The notes below the pieces were generated by a model. That model worked only from the letters and a program-made list of their open reading frames with translations, did no database searches and was not told where the DNA came from. From Nemertoderma westbladi (taxonomy: Eukaryota > Animalia > Xenacoelomorpha), in contig JAUCBJ010002196.1 of assembly GCA_032718475.1 (NCBI GenBank), forward strand, positions 18,299 through 82,298: DNA of 64,000 nucleotides. Direction: 5' to 3'. The first letter of the stretch is position 1; every line of letters begins with the position of its first letter. The position numbers and the translations under genes were made by a program. Below, one piece after another: positions 15,001 through 25,716 of this stretch.

Positions 15001-18000
15001 CTCTACCTGTGTCACACAATACTCTCTGAGTGTGTGAATTAATACTCACTGCCTGTGTCACACAATACTATCAGCTTGTGTCACACAATACTCTCTGAGT
15101 GTGTGACTCAATACTCTCTGCCTGTGTCACACAATACTCTCTGCTTGTGTCACACAAGACGCTCTGCTTGTGTCACACAATACTCTCTGTCTGTGTCACA
15201 CAATACGTTCTGCTTGTGTCACACAATACGTACTGCTTGTGTCACACAATACTCTCTACCTGTGTCACAGAATACTCTCTACCTGTGTCACACAATACTC
15301 TCTGTCTGTGTCACACAATACTCTCTGCCTGTGTCACACAATACTCTCTGCCTGTGTCACACAATACTATCAGCTTGTGTCACACAATACTATCTGCCTG
15401 TGTAACACAATACTCACTGATTGTGTCGCACAATACTCTCTGCCTGTGTCACACAATACTCTCTGCTGGTGTCACACAATGCTCTCTGCCTGCGTCACAC
15501 AATACTCCTGCTTGTGTCACACAATACGCTCTGCTTGTGTCACACAATACTCTCAGTCTGTATCACACAAGACGCTCTGAGTGTGTGACTCAATACTCTC
15601 TGCCTGTGTCACACAATACTATCAGCTTCTGTCACACAATACTCTCTGCCTGTGTCACACAATACTCTCTGAGCGTGTGATTCAATACTCTCTGCCTGTG
15701 TCACACAATACTCTCTGAGTGTGTGACTCAATACTCTCTGCCTGTGTCACACAATACTATCAGCTTGTGTCACACAATACTCTCTGCCTGTGTGACACAA
15801 TACTCTCTGAGTGTGTGAATTAATACTCAATGCCTGTGTCACACAATACTATCAGCTTGTGTCACACAATACTCTCTGAGTGTGTGACTCAATACTCTCT
15901 GCCTGTGTCACACAATACTCTCTACTTGTGTCACACAAGACGCTCTGCTTGTGTCACACAATACTCTCTGTCTGTGTCACACAATACGTTCTGCTTGTGT
16001 CACACAATACGTTCTGCTTGTGTCACACAATACTCTCTACCTGTGTCACAGAATACTCTCTACCTGTGTCACACAATACTCTCTGTCTGTGTCACTCAAT
16101 ACTCTCTGCCTGTGTCACACAATAGTCTCTGCCTGTGTCACACAATACTATCAGCTTGTGTCACACAATACTATCTGCCTGTGTCACACAATACTCACTG
16201 ATTGTGTCGCACAATACTCTCTGCCTGTGTCACACAATACTCTCTGCTGGTGTCACACAATACTATCTGCCTGCGTCACACAATACTCCTGCTTGTGTCA
16301 CACAATACGCTCTGCTTGTGTCACACAATACTCTCAGTCTGTGTCACACAAGACGCTCTGAGTGTGTGACTCAATACTCTCTGCCTGTGTCACACAATAC
16401 TATCAGCTTCTGTCACACAATACACTCTGCCTGTGTCACACAATACTCTCTGAGTGTGTGACTCAATACTCTCTGCCTGTGTCACACAATACTCTCTGAG
16501 TGTGTGACTCAATACTCTCTGCCTGTGTCACACAATACTATCAGCTTGTGTCACACAATACTCTCTGCCTGTGTCACACAATACTCTCTGATTGTGTCAC
16601 ACAATACTCTCTGTCTGTGTCAAACAATACTCTCTGCTTGTGTCACACAATACTCTCTGCCCGTGTCACGCAATACTCTCTGAGTGTGTGAATTAATACT
16701 CACTGCCTGTGTCACACAATACTATCAGCTTGTGTCATACAATACTCTCTGCCTGTGTCACACAATACTATCAGCTTGTGTCATACAATACTCTCTGCCT
16801 GTGTCACACAATACTCTCTGATTGTGTCACACAATACTCTCTGTCTGTGTCACACAATAATCTCTGCTTGTGTCACACAATACTCTCTGCCTGTGTCACA
16901 CAATACTATCAGCTTGTGTACACAATACTCTCTGTCTGTGTCACACAATACTCTCTGAGTGTGTGACTCAATACTCTCTGCCTGTGTCACACAATACTAT
17001 CAGCTTGTGTCATACAATACTCTCTGCCTGTGTCACACAATACTATCAGCTTGTGTCATACAATACTCTCTGCCTGTGTCACACAATACTCTCTGATTGT
17101 GTCACACAATACTCTCTGTCTGTGTCACACAATACTCTCTGCTTGTGTCACACAATACTCTCTGCCTGTGTCACACAATACTATCAGCTTGTGTCACACA
17201 ATACTCTCTGTCTGTGTCACACAATACTCTCTGCCTGTGTCACACAATACTCCTGCTTGTGTCACACAAGACGCTCTGCTTGTGTCACACAATATTCTCT
17301 GTCTGTGTCACACAATACTATCAGCTTGTGTCACACAATACTCTCTGCCTGTGTCACACAATACTCTATGTCTGTGTCACACAATACTATCAGCTTGTGT
17401 CACACAATACTCTCTACCTGTGTCACACAATACTCTCTGAGTGTGTGAATTAATACTCACTGCCTGTGTCACACAATACTATCAGCTTGTGTCACACAAT
17501 ACTCTCTGAGTGTGTGACTCAATACTCTCTGCCTGTGTCACACAATACTCTCTGCTTGTGTCACACAAGACGCTCTGCTTGTGTCACACAATACTCTCTG
17601 TCTGTGTCACACAATACGTTCTGCTTGTGTCACACAATACGTACTGCTTGTGTCACACAATACTCTCTACCTGTGTCACAGAATACTCTCTACCTGTGTC
17701 ACACAATACTCTCTGTCTGTGTCACACAATACTCTCTGCCTGTGTCACACAATACTCTCTGCCTGTGTCACACAATACTATCAGCTTGTGTCACACAATA
17801 CTATCTGCCTGTGTAACACAATACTCACTGATTGTGTCGCACAATACTCTCTGCCTGTGTCACACAATACTCTCTGCTGGTGTCACACAATGCTCTCTGC
17901 CTGCGTCACACAATACTCCTGCTTGTGTCACACAATACGCTCTGCTTGTGTCACACAATACTCTCAGTCTGTATCACACAAGACGCTCTGAGTGTGTGAC

Positions 18001-20678
18001 TCAATACTCTCTGCCTGTGTCACACAATACTATCAGCTTCTGTCACACAATACTCTCTGCCTGTGTCACACAATACTCTCTGAGTGTGTGACTCAATACT
18101 CTCTGCCTGTGTCACACAATACTATCAGCTTGTGTCACACAATACTCTCTGCCTGTGTCACACAATACTCTCTGATTGTGTCACACAATACTCTCTGTCT
18201 GTGTCACACAATACTCTCTGCTTGTGTCACACAATACTCTCTGCCCGTGTCACGCAATACTCTCTGAGTGTGTGAATTAATACTCACTGCCTGTGTCACA
18301 CAATACTATCAGCTTGTGTCATACAATACTCTCTGCCTGTGTCACACAATACTATCAGCTTGTGTCATACAATACTCTCTGCCTGTGTCACACAATACTC
18401 TCTGATTGTGTCACACAATACTCTCTGTCTGTGTCACACAATAAGCTCTGCTTGTGTCACACAATGCTCTCTGCCTGTGTCACACAATACTATCAGCTTG
18501 TGTCACACAATACTCTCTGTCTGTGTCACACAATACTCTCTGAGTGTGTGACTCAATACTCTCTGCCTGTGTCACACAATACTATCAGCTTGTGTCATAC
18601 AATACTCTCTGCCTGTGTCACACAATACTATCAGCTTGTGTCATACAATACTCTCTGCCTGTGTCACACAATACTCTCTGATTGTGTCACACAATACTCT
18701 CTGTCTGTGTCACACAATACTCTCTGCTTGTGTCACACAATACTCTCTGCCTGTGTCACACAATACTATCAGCTTGTGTCACACAATACTCTCTGTCTGT
18801 GTCACACAATACTCTCTGCCTGTGTCACACAATACTCCTGCTTGTGTCACACAAGACGCTCTGCTTGTGTCACACAATACTCTCTGTCTGTGTCTCACAA
18901 TACTATCAGCTTGTGTCACACAATACTCTCTGCCTGTGTCACACAATACTCTATGTCTGTGTCACACAATACTATCAGCTTGTGTCACACAATACTCTCT
19001 ACCTGTGTCACACAATACTCTCTGAGTGTGTGAATTAATACTCACTGCCTGTGTCACACAATACTATCAGCTTGTGTCACACAATACTCTCTGAGTGTGT
19101 GACTCAATACTCTCTGCCTGTGTCACACAATACTATCAGCTTGTGTCACACAATTCTCTCTGAGTGTGTGACTCAATACTCTCTGCCTGTGTCACACAAT
19201 ACTCTCTGCTTGTGTCACACAAGACGCTCTGCTTGTGTCACACAATACTCTCTGTCTGTGTCACACAATACGTTTTGCTTGTGTCACACAATACGTTATG
19301 CTTGTGTCACACAATACTCTCCTCCTGTGTCACAGAATACTCTATACCTGTGTCACACAATACTCTCTGCCTGTGTCACACAATATTCTCTGCCTGTGTC
19401 ACACAATACTCTCTGCTTGTGTCACACAATACTCTCTGCCTGTGTCACACAATATTCTCTGCATGTGTCACACAATACTATCAGCTTGTGTCATACAATA
19501 CTCTCTGCCTGTGTCACACAATACTCTCTGCCTGTGTCAAACAATACTATCAGCTTGTGTCATACAATACACTCTGCCTGTGTCACACAATACTCACTGA
19601 TTGTGTCGCACAATACTCTCTGCCTGTGTCACACAATAATCTCTGCTTGTGACACACAATACTATCTGCCTGTGTCACACAATACTCCTGCTTGTGTCAC
19701 ACAATACTCTCTGTCTGTGTCATACAAGACGCTCTGCTTGGGTCACACAATAACCCCTGTATGTTTCACACAATACTATCAGCTTGTGTCACACAATACT
19801 CTCTGCCTGTGTCACACAATACTCTCTGAGTGTGTGACTCAATACTCTCTGCATGTGTCACACAATAGTATCAGCTTGTGTCACACAATACTATCTGCCT
19901 GTGTCACACAATACTATCAGCTTGTGTCACACAATACTCTCTGAGTGTGTGACTCAATACTCTCTGTCTGTGTCACACAATACTCTCTGCTCGTGTCACA
20001 CAATACACTCTGCTTGTGTCACACAATACTCTCTGTCTGTGTCACACAATACGTTTTGCTTGCGTCACACAATACGTTCTGCTTGTGTAACACAATACTC
20101 TCTTCCTGTGTCACAGAATACTCTCTACCTGTATCACACAATACTCTCTGCCTGTGTCACACAATATTATCTGCCTGTGTCACCCAATACTATCAGCTTG
20201 TGTCATACTATACTCTCTGCCTGTGTCACACAATACTCTCTGAATGTGTGACTCAATACTCTATGCATGTGTCACACAATAGTATCAGCTTGTGTCACAC
20301 AATACTATCTGCCTGTGTCACACAATACTATCAGCTTGTGTCACACAATACTCTCTGAGTGTGTGACTCAATACTCTCTGTCTGTGTCACACAATACTCT
20401 CTGCTCGTGTCACACAATACACTCTGCTTGTGTCACACAATACTCTCTGTCTGTGTCACACAATACGTTTTGCTTGTGTCACACAATATTATCTGCCTGT
20501 GTCACCCAATACTATCAGCTTGTGTCATACTATACTCTCTGCCTGTGTCATACAATACTCTCTGCCTGTGTCACACAATACTCACTGATTGTGTCGCACA
20601 ATACTCTCTGCCTGTGTCACACAATACTGTCTGCTTGTGTCACACAATACTATCTGTCTGTGTCACACAAGACGGTCT
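1..20678. repeat. 23-bp satellite array (consensus CTGTGTCACACAATACTCTCTGC) with nested higher-order repeats; runs off the window start
   Basis: Head-to-tail 23-bp monomers with recurring variants (…TATCAGCTTG…, …GAGTGTGTGACTC…, …AAGACG…). Identical ORF translations recur at offsets of 207, 851, 2411, 6137 and 8410 bp. Confidence 0.99.
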
Positions 20679-21212
20679 ATATTGTATTTATTCCAAGCCA
20701 CGGGGGCCCATAGTAAAATAGTAGATACATAAACAAAAAGGACATAAACAAAAAGGACATAAACAAACAAATACTTTACAAACAAATACTTTACAAAATA
20801 CACATAGCACACTAGTAATTAATAATAAACACCGAAACTCTAATAGCAATTACGTAGTTAAACGAAAAAGGCTAGTGCTGGTGCAAACTAAATATAACAG
20901 AGTAAGGTCTACATAAATTGTATACACCACCTAAGATAGTGTTGTAAGAATGAGTATTCTATTTAATAGGCTTTGTGAGGATCTATAAGTTATGTGAAAA
21001 AACATTGGCAAACGTAGTTCGCCAAAAGAAAGTGACATACTTGTAGGTTCTTCACCGGTGAGCCTAGGGATATTAAACAGTAGCCTAGCACAATTATTGT
21101 AAGCTACCCTAATCTTATCGTACGCACGATGTGAGTAGTTCTTACTAGCCCATAGGCTGTTGCAGTATATTGGGGTACAGTAAGCACGAAAAAGTGCAGT
21201 TTTAACATACAT
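20679..21212 (-). mobile_element. 3' terminal fragment of a non-LTR retrotransposon (RTE-X-like ORF2 C-terminus plus 3' UTR)
   Basis: ORF 20931-21212 reads VKTALFRAYCTPIYCNSLW…KIRVAYNNCARLLF, which resembles the post-RT C-terminus of RTE-X-type LINEs. The 3' UTR ends …ATGGGCCCCCGTGGCTTGGAATAAATACAATATA at the satellite junction. Confidence 0.75.
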
Positions 21213-21397
21213 TTATTATAGGAAGGGATCTAGGGGTCTTAACCTCGAATGATAAGTTTATTTTACCGAAAATAACTTATCTTTTATTGGCGCAATTGTA
21301 GGACTAATCCCATCACATGCGTACTTTTTAACCGGGTAGTGTACAAATTTAAGAATCGCGTAATTTTTCTTGAAATTAATATCTCATATCTCTCCAA

Positions 21398-21440
21398 ACC
21401 ACGTACGCGTTTCGACCTTACTGGGTCTCATCAGCGTGGT
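21398..21440 (-). ncRNA. Type I hammerhead ribozyme (minimal stem III), copy 1
   Basis: The minus strand reads ACCACG CUGAUGA GACC-CAGUAA-GGUC GAAA CGCG UA/CGUGGU. This gives stem I ACCACG/CGUGGU, an intact CUGANGA and GAAA core, stem II GACC/GGUC, a palindromic ACGCGU stem III and a GUA cleavage triplet. Confidence 0.92.
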
Positions 21441-21503
21441 GTCGGATTCGAACCTGGGACCTCGAGGTGGAAGCCGAGACTACAACCACTAGGCCACAGG
21501 TTC
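21441..21503 (-). promoter_or_regulatory. tRNA-derived internal Pol III promoter (SINE-type head); repeated at +412, +824 and +1236
   Basis: A box TGGCCTAGTGG (21486-21496) and B box GGTTCGAATCC (21444-21454) at tRNA spacing. An anticodon-like arm CTCGG-CTTCCAC-CTCGAG is present. The acceptor stem does not pair. Confidence 0.85.
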
Positions 21504-21809
21504 TTGAGATATGGAGTATTAATTTCAAAGCCAGCTGCCATTTTATTAGCCCCTGAGTTTTTGATTATTGATAGTAACAATGTGTTGGCAAGCTGTATTT
21601 TTCGAGGTGTTTGTTATTCTACATTTATTATAGGAAGGGATCTAGGGGTCTTAACCTCGAATGATAAGTTTATTTTACCGAAAATAACTTATCTTTTATT
21701 GGCGCAATTGTAGGACTAATCCCATCACATGCGTACTTTTTAACCGGGTAGTGTACAAATTTAAGAATCGCGTAATTTTTCTTGAAATTAATATCTCATA
21801 TCTCTCCAA

Positions 21810-21852
21810 ACCACGTACGCGTTTCGACCTTACTGGGTCTCATCAGCGTGGT
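21810..21852 (-). ncRNA. Type I hammerhead ribozyme, copy 2
   Basis: Same sequence as 21398-21440, offset +412. Confidence 0.92.
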
Positions 21853-22221
21853 GTCGGATTCGAACCTGGGACCTCGAGGTGGAAGCCGAGACTACAACCA
21901 CTAGGCCACAGGTTCTTGAGATATGGAGTATTAATTTCAAAGCCAGCTGCCATTTTATTAGCCCCTGAGTTTTTGATTATTGATAGTAACAATGTGTTGG
22001 CAAGCTGTATTTTTCGAGGTGTTTGTTATTCTACATTTATTATAGGAAGGGATCTAGGGGTCTTAACCTCGAATGATAAGTTTATTTTACCGAAAATAAC
22101 TTATCTTTTATTGGCGCAATTGTAGGACTAATCCCATCACATGCGTACTTTTTAACCGGGTAGTGTACAAATTTAAGAATCGCGTAATTTTTCTTGAAAT
22201 TAATATCTCATATCTCTCCAA

Positions 22222-22264
22222 ACCACGTACGCGTTTCGACCTTACTGGGTCTCATCAGCGTGGT
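22222..22264 (-). ncRNA. Type I hammerhead ribozyme, copy 3
   Basis: Same sequence as 21398-21440, offset +824. Confidence 0.92.
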
Positions 22265-22633
22265 GTCGGATTCGAACCTGGGACCTCGAGGTGGAAGCCG
22301 AGACTACAACCACTAGGCCACAGGTTCTTGAGATATGGAGTATTAATTTCAAAGCCAGCTGCCATTTTATTAGCCCCTGAGTTTTTGATTATTGATAGTA
22401 ACAATGTGTTGGCAAGCTGTATTTTTCGAGGTGTTTGTTATTCTACATTTATTATAGGAAGGGATCTAGGGGTCTTAACCTCGAATGATAAGTTTATTTT
22501 ACCGAAAATAACTTATCTTTTATTGGCGCAATTGTAGGACTAATCCCATCACATGCGTACTTTTTAACCGGGTAGTGTACAAATTTAAGAATCGCGTAAT
22601 TTTTCTTGAAATTAATATCTCATATCTCTCCAA

Positions 22634-22676
22634 ACCACGTACGCGTTTCGACCTTACTGGGTCTCATCAGCGTGGT
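22634..22676 (-). ncRNA. Type I hammerhead ribozyme, copy 4
   Basis: Same sequence as 21398-21440, offset +1236. Confidence 0.92.
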
Positions 22677-22781
22677 GTCGGATTCGAACCTGGGACCTCG
22701 AGGTGGAAGCCGAGACTACAACCACTAGGCCACAGGTTCTTGAGATATGGAGTATTAATTTCAAAGCCAGCTGCCATTTTA

Positions 22782-24184
22782 TGTCACACAAGACGCTCTG
22801 CTTGTGTCACACAATACTCTATGTCTGTGTCACACAATACGTTCTGCTTGTGTTACACAATACTGTCTACCTGTGTGACACAATACTCTCTGAGTGTGTG
22901 AATTAATACTCACTGCCTGTGTCACACAATACTCTCGGAGTGTGTGACTCAACACTCTCTGCCTGTGTCACACAATACTATCAGCTTGTGTCACACAATA
23001 CTCTCTGTCTGTGTCACACAATACTATTACCTTGTGTCACACAATACTCTCTGCCTGTGTGACACAATACTCTCTGAGTGTGTGAATTAATACTCACTGC
23101 CTGTGTCACACAATACTATCAGCTTGTGTCACACAATACTCTCTGAGTGTGTGACTCAATACTCTCTGCCTGTGTCACACAATACTCTCTGCTTGTGTCA
23201 CACAAGACGCTCTGCTTGTGTCACACAATACTCTATGTCTGTGTCACACAATACGTTCTGCTTGTGTCACACAATACTTTCTACCTGTGTCACAGAATAC
23301 TCTCTGCCTGTGTCACACAATACTCTCTGTCTGTGTCACACAATACTCTCTGCCTGTGTCACACAATACTCTCTGCCTGTGTCACACAATACTATCAGCT
23401 TGTGTCTGCGGGTGTCACACAATACTCTCTGCCTGCGTCACACAATACTCCTGCTTCTGTCACACAATACGCTCTGCTTGTGTCACACAATACTCTCAGT
23501 CTGTGTCACACAAGACGCTCTGCTTGGGTCACACAATCCTCCCTGTATGTGTCATACAATACTATCAGCTTCTGTCACGCAATACTCTCTGCCTGTGTCA
23601 CACAATACTCTCTGAGTGTGTGACTCAATACTCTCTGCCTGTGTCACAATACTATCAGCTTGTGTCATACAATACTCTCTGCCTGTGTCACACAATACTC
23701 TCTGCTTGTGTCACACAATACTCTCTGCCTGTGTCACACAATACTCCTGCTTGTGTCACACAAGACGCTCTGCTTGTGTCACACAATACTCTCTGTCTAT
23801 GTCACACAATACTATCAGCTTGTGTCACACAATACTCTCTGTCTGTGTCACACAATACTCTCGGAGTGTGTGACTCAACACTCTCTGCCTGTGTCACACA
23901 ATACTATCAGCTTGTGTCACACAATACTCTCTGTCTGTGTCACACAATACTCTCTACCTGTGTCACAGAATACTCTCTACCTGTGTCACGCAATACTCTC
24001 TGCCTGTGTCACACAATACTCTCTGCCTCTGCCACACAATACTCTCTGCTTGTGTCACACAATACTATCTGCCTGTGACACACAATACTCTCTGCTTGTG
24101 CCACACAATACTCTCTACCTGTGTCACGCAATATTCTCTGCCTGTGTCACACAATACACTCTGCCTGTGTCACACAATACTCTG
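22782..24184. repeat. 23-bp satellite, distal and more diverged block
   Basis: The same monomer resumes after the insertion, with more private substitutions. Confidence 0.98.
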
Positions 24185-24285
24185 ACATCCCCATTGGTGA
24201 TATAACATTCCAAGAGGTCTTGTCTGCTTCAAAGCTCATTAAAACCAATAGGGCATTCGGGGTTGATGATGATTTAAGAGAATGA
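24181..24285 (+). pseudogene. Degenerate fragment of an RTE-type LINE ORF
   Basis: Translates SDIPIGDITFQEVLSASKLIKTNRAFGVD, which aligns to PDITIGDISFAEVKAAAKSIKTNRAASGVD in the LINE ORF at 49303-51030. Confidence 0.8.
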
Positions 24286-24713
24286 ATTTTTTCACTTGTT
24301 TTGGGCTTTATCAACAAGATACTTATTTTCTACAAACTCCCGAGTATACCAAGGGTGTGGAAAAGAATTTGTGTGATCAGATACATCAACTGGAATTTGA
24401 TTGGACTCATAACTATTTGTAGCACATTAGGGCACAGAATCTGACGGATTCTTTGCGAATTTCGCACGTTTCCGAAAAATGCGCAATATTTTGAATAATT
24501 ATATAATTTAATTTTTTCTCCTATTTTATTCCCTTCGGGACGCTGTTTTTAACCCTTTGCGTACCAAAGAGAAATTACATAAATTTTTACTTCCAAGGAC
24601 CAAAAAAATTATATTTGATACGACCAAGGTTTATTTTCTTGCCGTACCAGAGATTTTTATATAAAGAGGATAAGGGCAATTCCATAGGTTTGGAGTCGTT
24701 TCATAATCGGTTG

Positions 24714-24843
24714 GAATTTATGTCTCCTATAACCCAAATTTACTGAATTTTTGTCTCCTATAACCCAAATTTACTGAATTTATGTCTCCTATAACCCAAA
24801 TTTACTGAATTTATGTCTCCTATAACCCAAATTTACTGAATTT
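24714..24843. repeat. 31-bp minisatellite, ~4 copies
   Basis: Unit TGTCTCCTATAACCCAAATTTACTGAATTTA. Confidence 0.95.
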
Positions 24844-25169
24844 TTCAAAACTGGCAAAAAATTCAAGTTTGGGGTAAAATAACATCACTAAAATATGTAA
24901 GACTTACTCGAGTTATAAAAATGAGAAGACAAAAGTGAATTATTTAAAATATACCCTTCTTTGTAAATTGTTCCCTATTGCCACAAAACTAGATAGCCAG
25001 TAAGCTGGCTTTAAACGAACCTGCCCCTCAAACCAGTACCCTGAGTGAGCAAAAATGGAACACGATAATTGCCATCAACTCAACGATAGAAACACCAGCT
25101 GCTGGTACTCATGAGGGCCTAGTAAGCTACTACTATTGATTGAATGGATAGGCCCAAACTGCATAGAAG

Positions 25170-25457
25170 TAATAATAATAATAATAATAATAATTCAAAT
25201 TTATATAGCATCTTTCTGGGCATTTTTCAAGGTGCTTAAAAACGGACATAATATGTACAGTAAAAACAATATACAATGAAATAAAATTATTGATAGAGTT
25301 AGATACATATTAATAATTATATTCTTTAGTAAAAAAGTGCGTTTTCAGTTTTGATTAAAAGATGTTAATGATGGGGCTAACCGCACCTCCCGAGGTAACG
25401 CGTTCCACAATCGAGGGGCCGCCACTGAAAAATCACGTCTGCCGTAATTTTCCAAGG
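25170..25457 (-). mobile_element. L2-clade LINE 3' end remnant with (ATT)n tail
   Basis: The minus strand encodes LENYGRRDFSVAAPRLWNALPREVRLAPSLTSF, matching the L2 ORF2 C-terminal motif. It is followed by …GCTATATAAAT…(ATT)n at 25170-25194. Confidence 0.8.
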
Positions 25458-25716
25458 AATTATAAATATATATATATGACGAGTAAGGGTCTTGAGCCAC
25501 GGCTAATATAATATAATGTTAGTTTACCATATAGCTATTTCACGCTTCCCGAGCGTCTTCACTGGTATATTATTTTAAACACAATATTAATAAAATTTAA
25601 CTAAAAAAACCAGTTCAAAGCCTAAAAAGATATATACAAAACCGATACCGTTATGATACTGTACAGTAGTTATGACTATTTTAATAAATTTGGATTTAAT
25701 TTGGAATTTATTTCAA

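Larger units (their letters stand above)
20679..22781 (-). mobile_element. Composite retroposed insertion: tandem tRNA-promoter/hammerhead (retrozyme-like) units fused to an RTE-X-like LINE 3' end
   Basis: Interrupts the 23-bp satellite. Flanked by TGTCACACAAGACG at 20661-20674 and 22782-22795 (18 bp with one mismatch if extended). Both parts have the same minus-strand orientation. Confidence 0.75.
21208..22782 (-). repeat. 412-bp tandem repeat, ~3.8 copies (retrozyme/SINE-like unit)
   Basis: TACATTTATTATAGG recurs at 21208, 21620, 22032 and 22444. The identical ORF translation recurs at 412-bp spacing. The array starts and ends mid-unit. Confidence 0.98.

Noticed and set aside
21436-21503. 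Functional tRNA-Gly(TCC) gene cluster
   Set aside because: A and B boxes are present, but the acceptor stem does not pair and the anticodon and T stems are imperfect. It is a tRNA-derived head.
21339-22901. Repeated 124-aa plus-strand ORF in the 412-bp unit
   Set aside because: It has a GTG start, no recognisable domain, and lies antisense to the tRNA head and ribozyme.
3-24205. More than 130 Cys/His-rich ORFs (CHTILSACVTQY…) that look like metal-binding repeat proteins
   Set aside because: They are translations of a stop-poor 23-bp satellite. They are open in all three frames and mostly lack an ATG start.
24549-24570. piggyBac-like terminus TTAA|CCCTTTGCGTACC
   Set aside because: No matching inverted terminus or transposase was found in the window.
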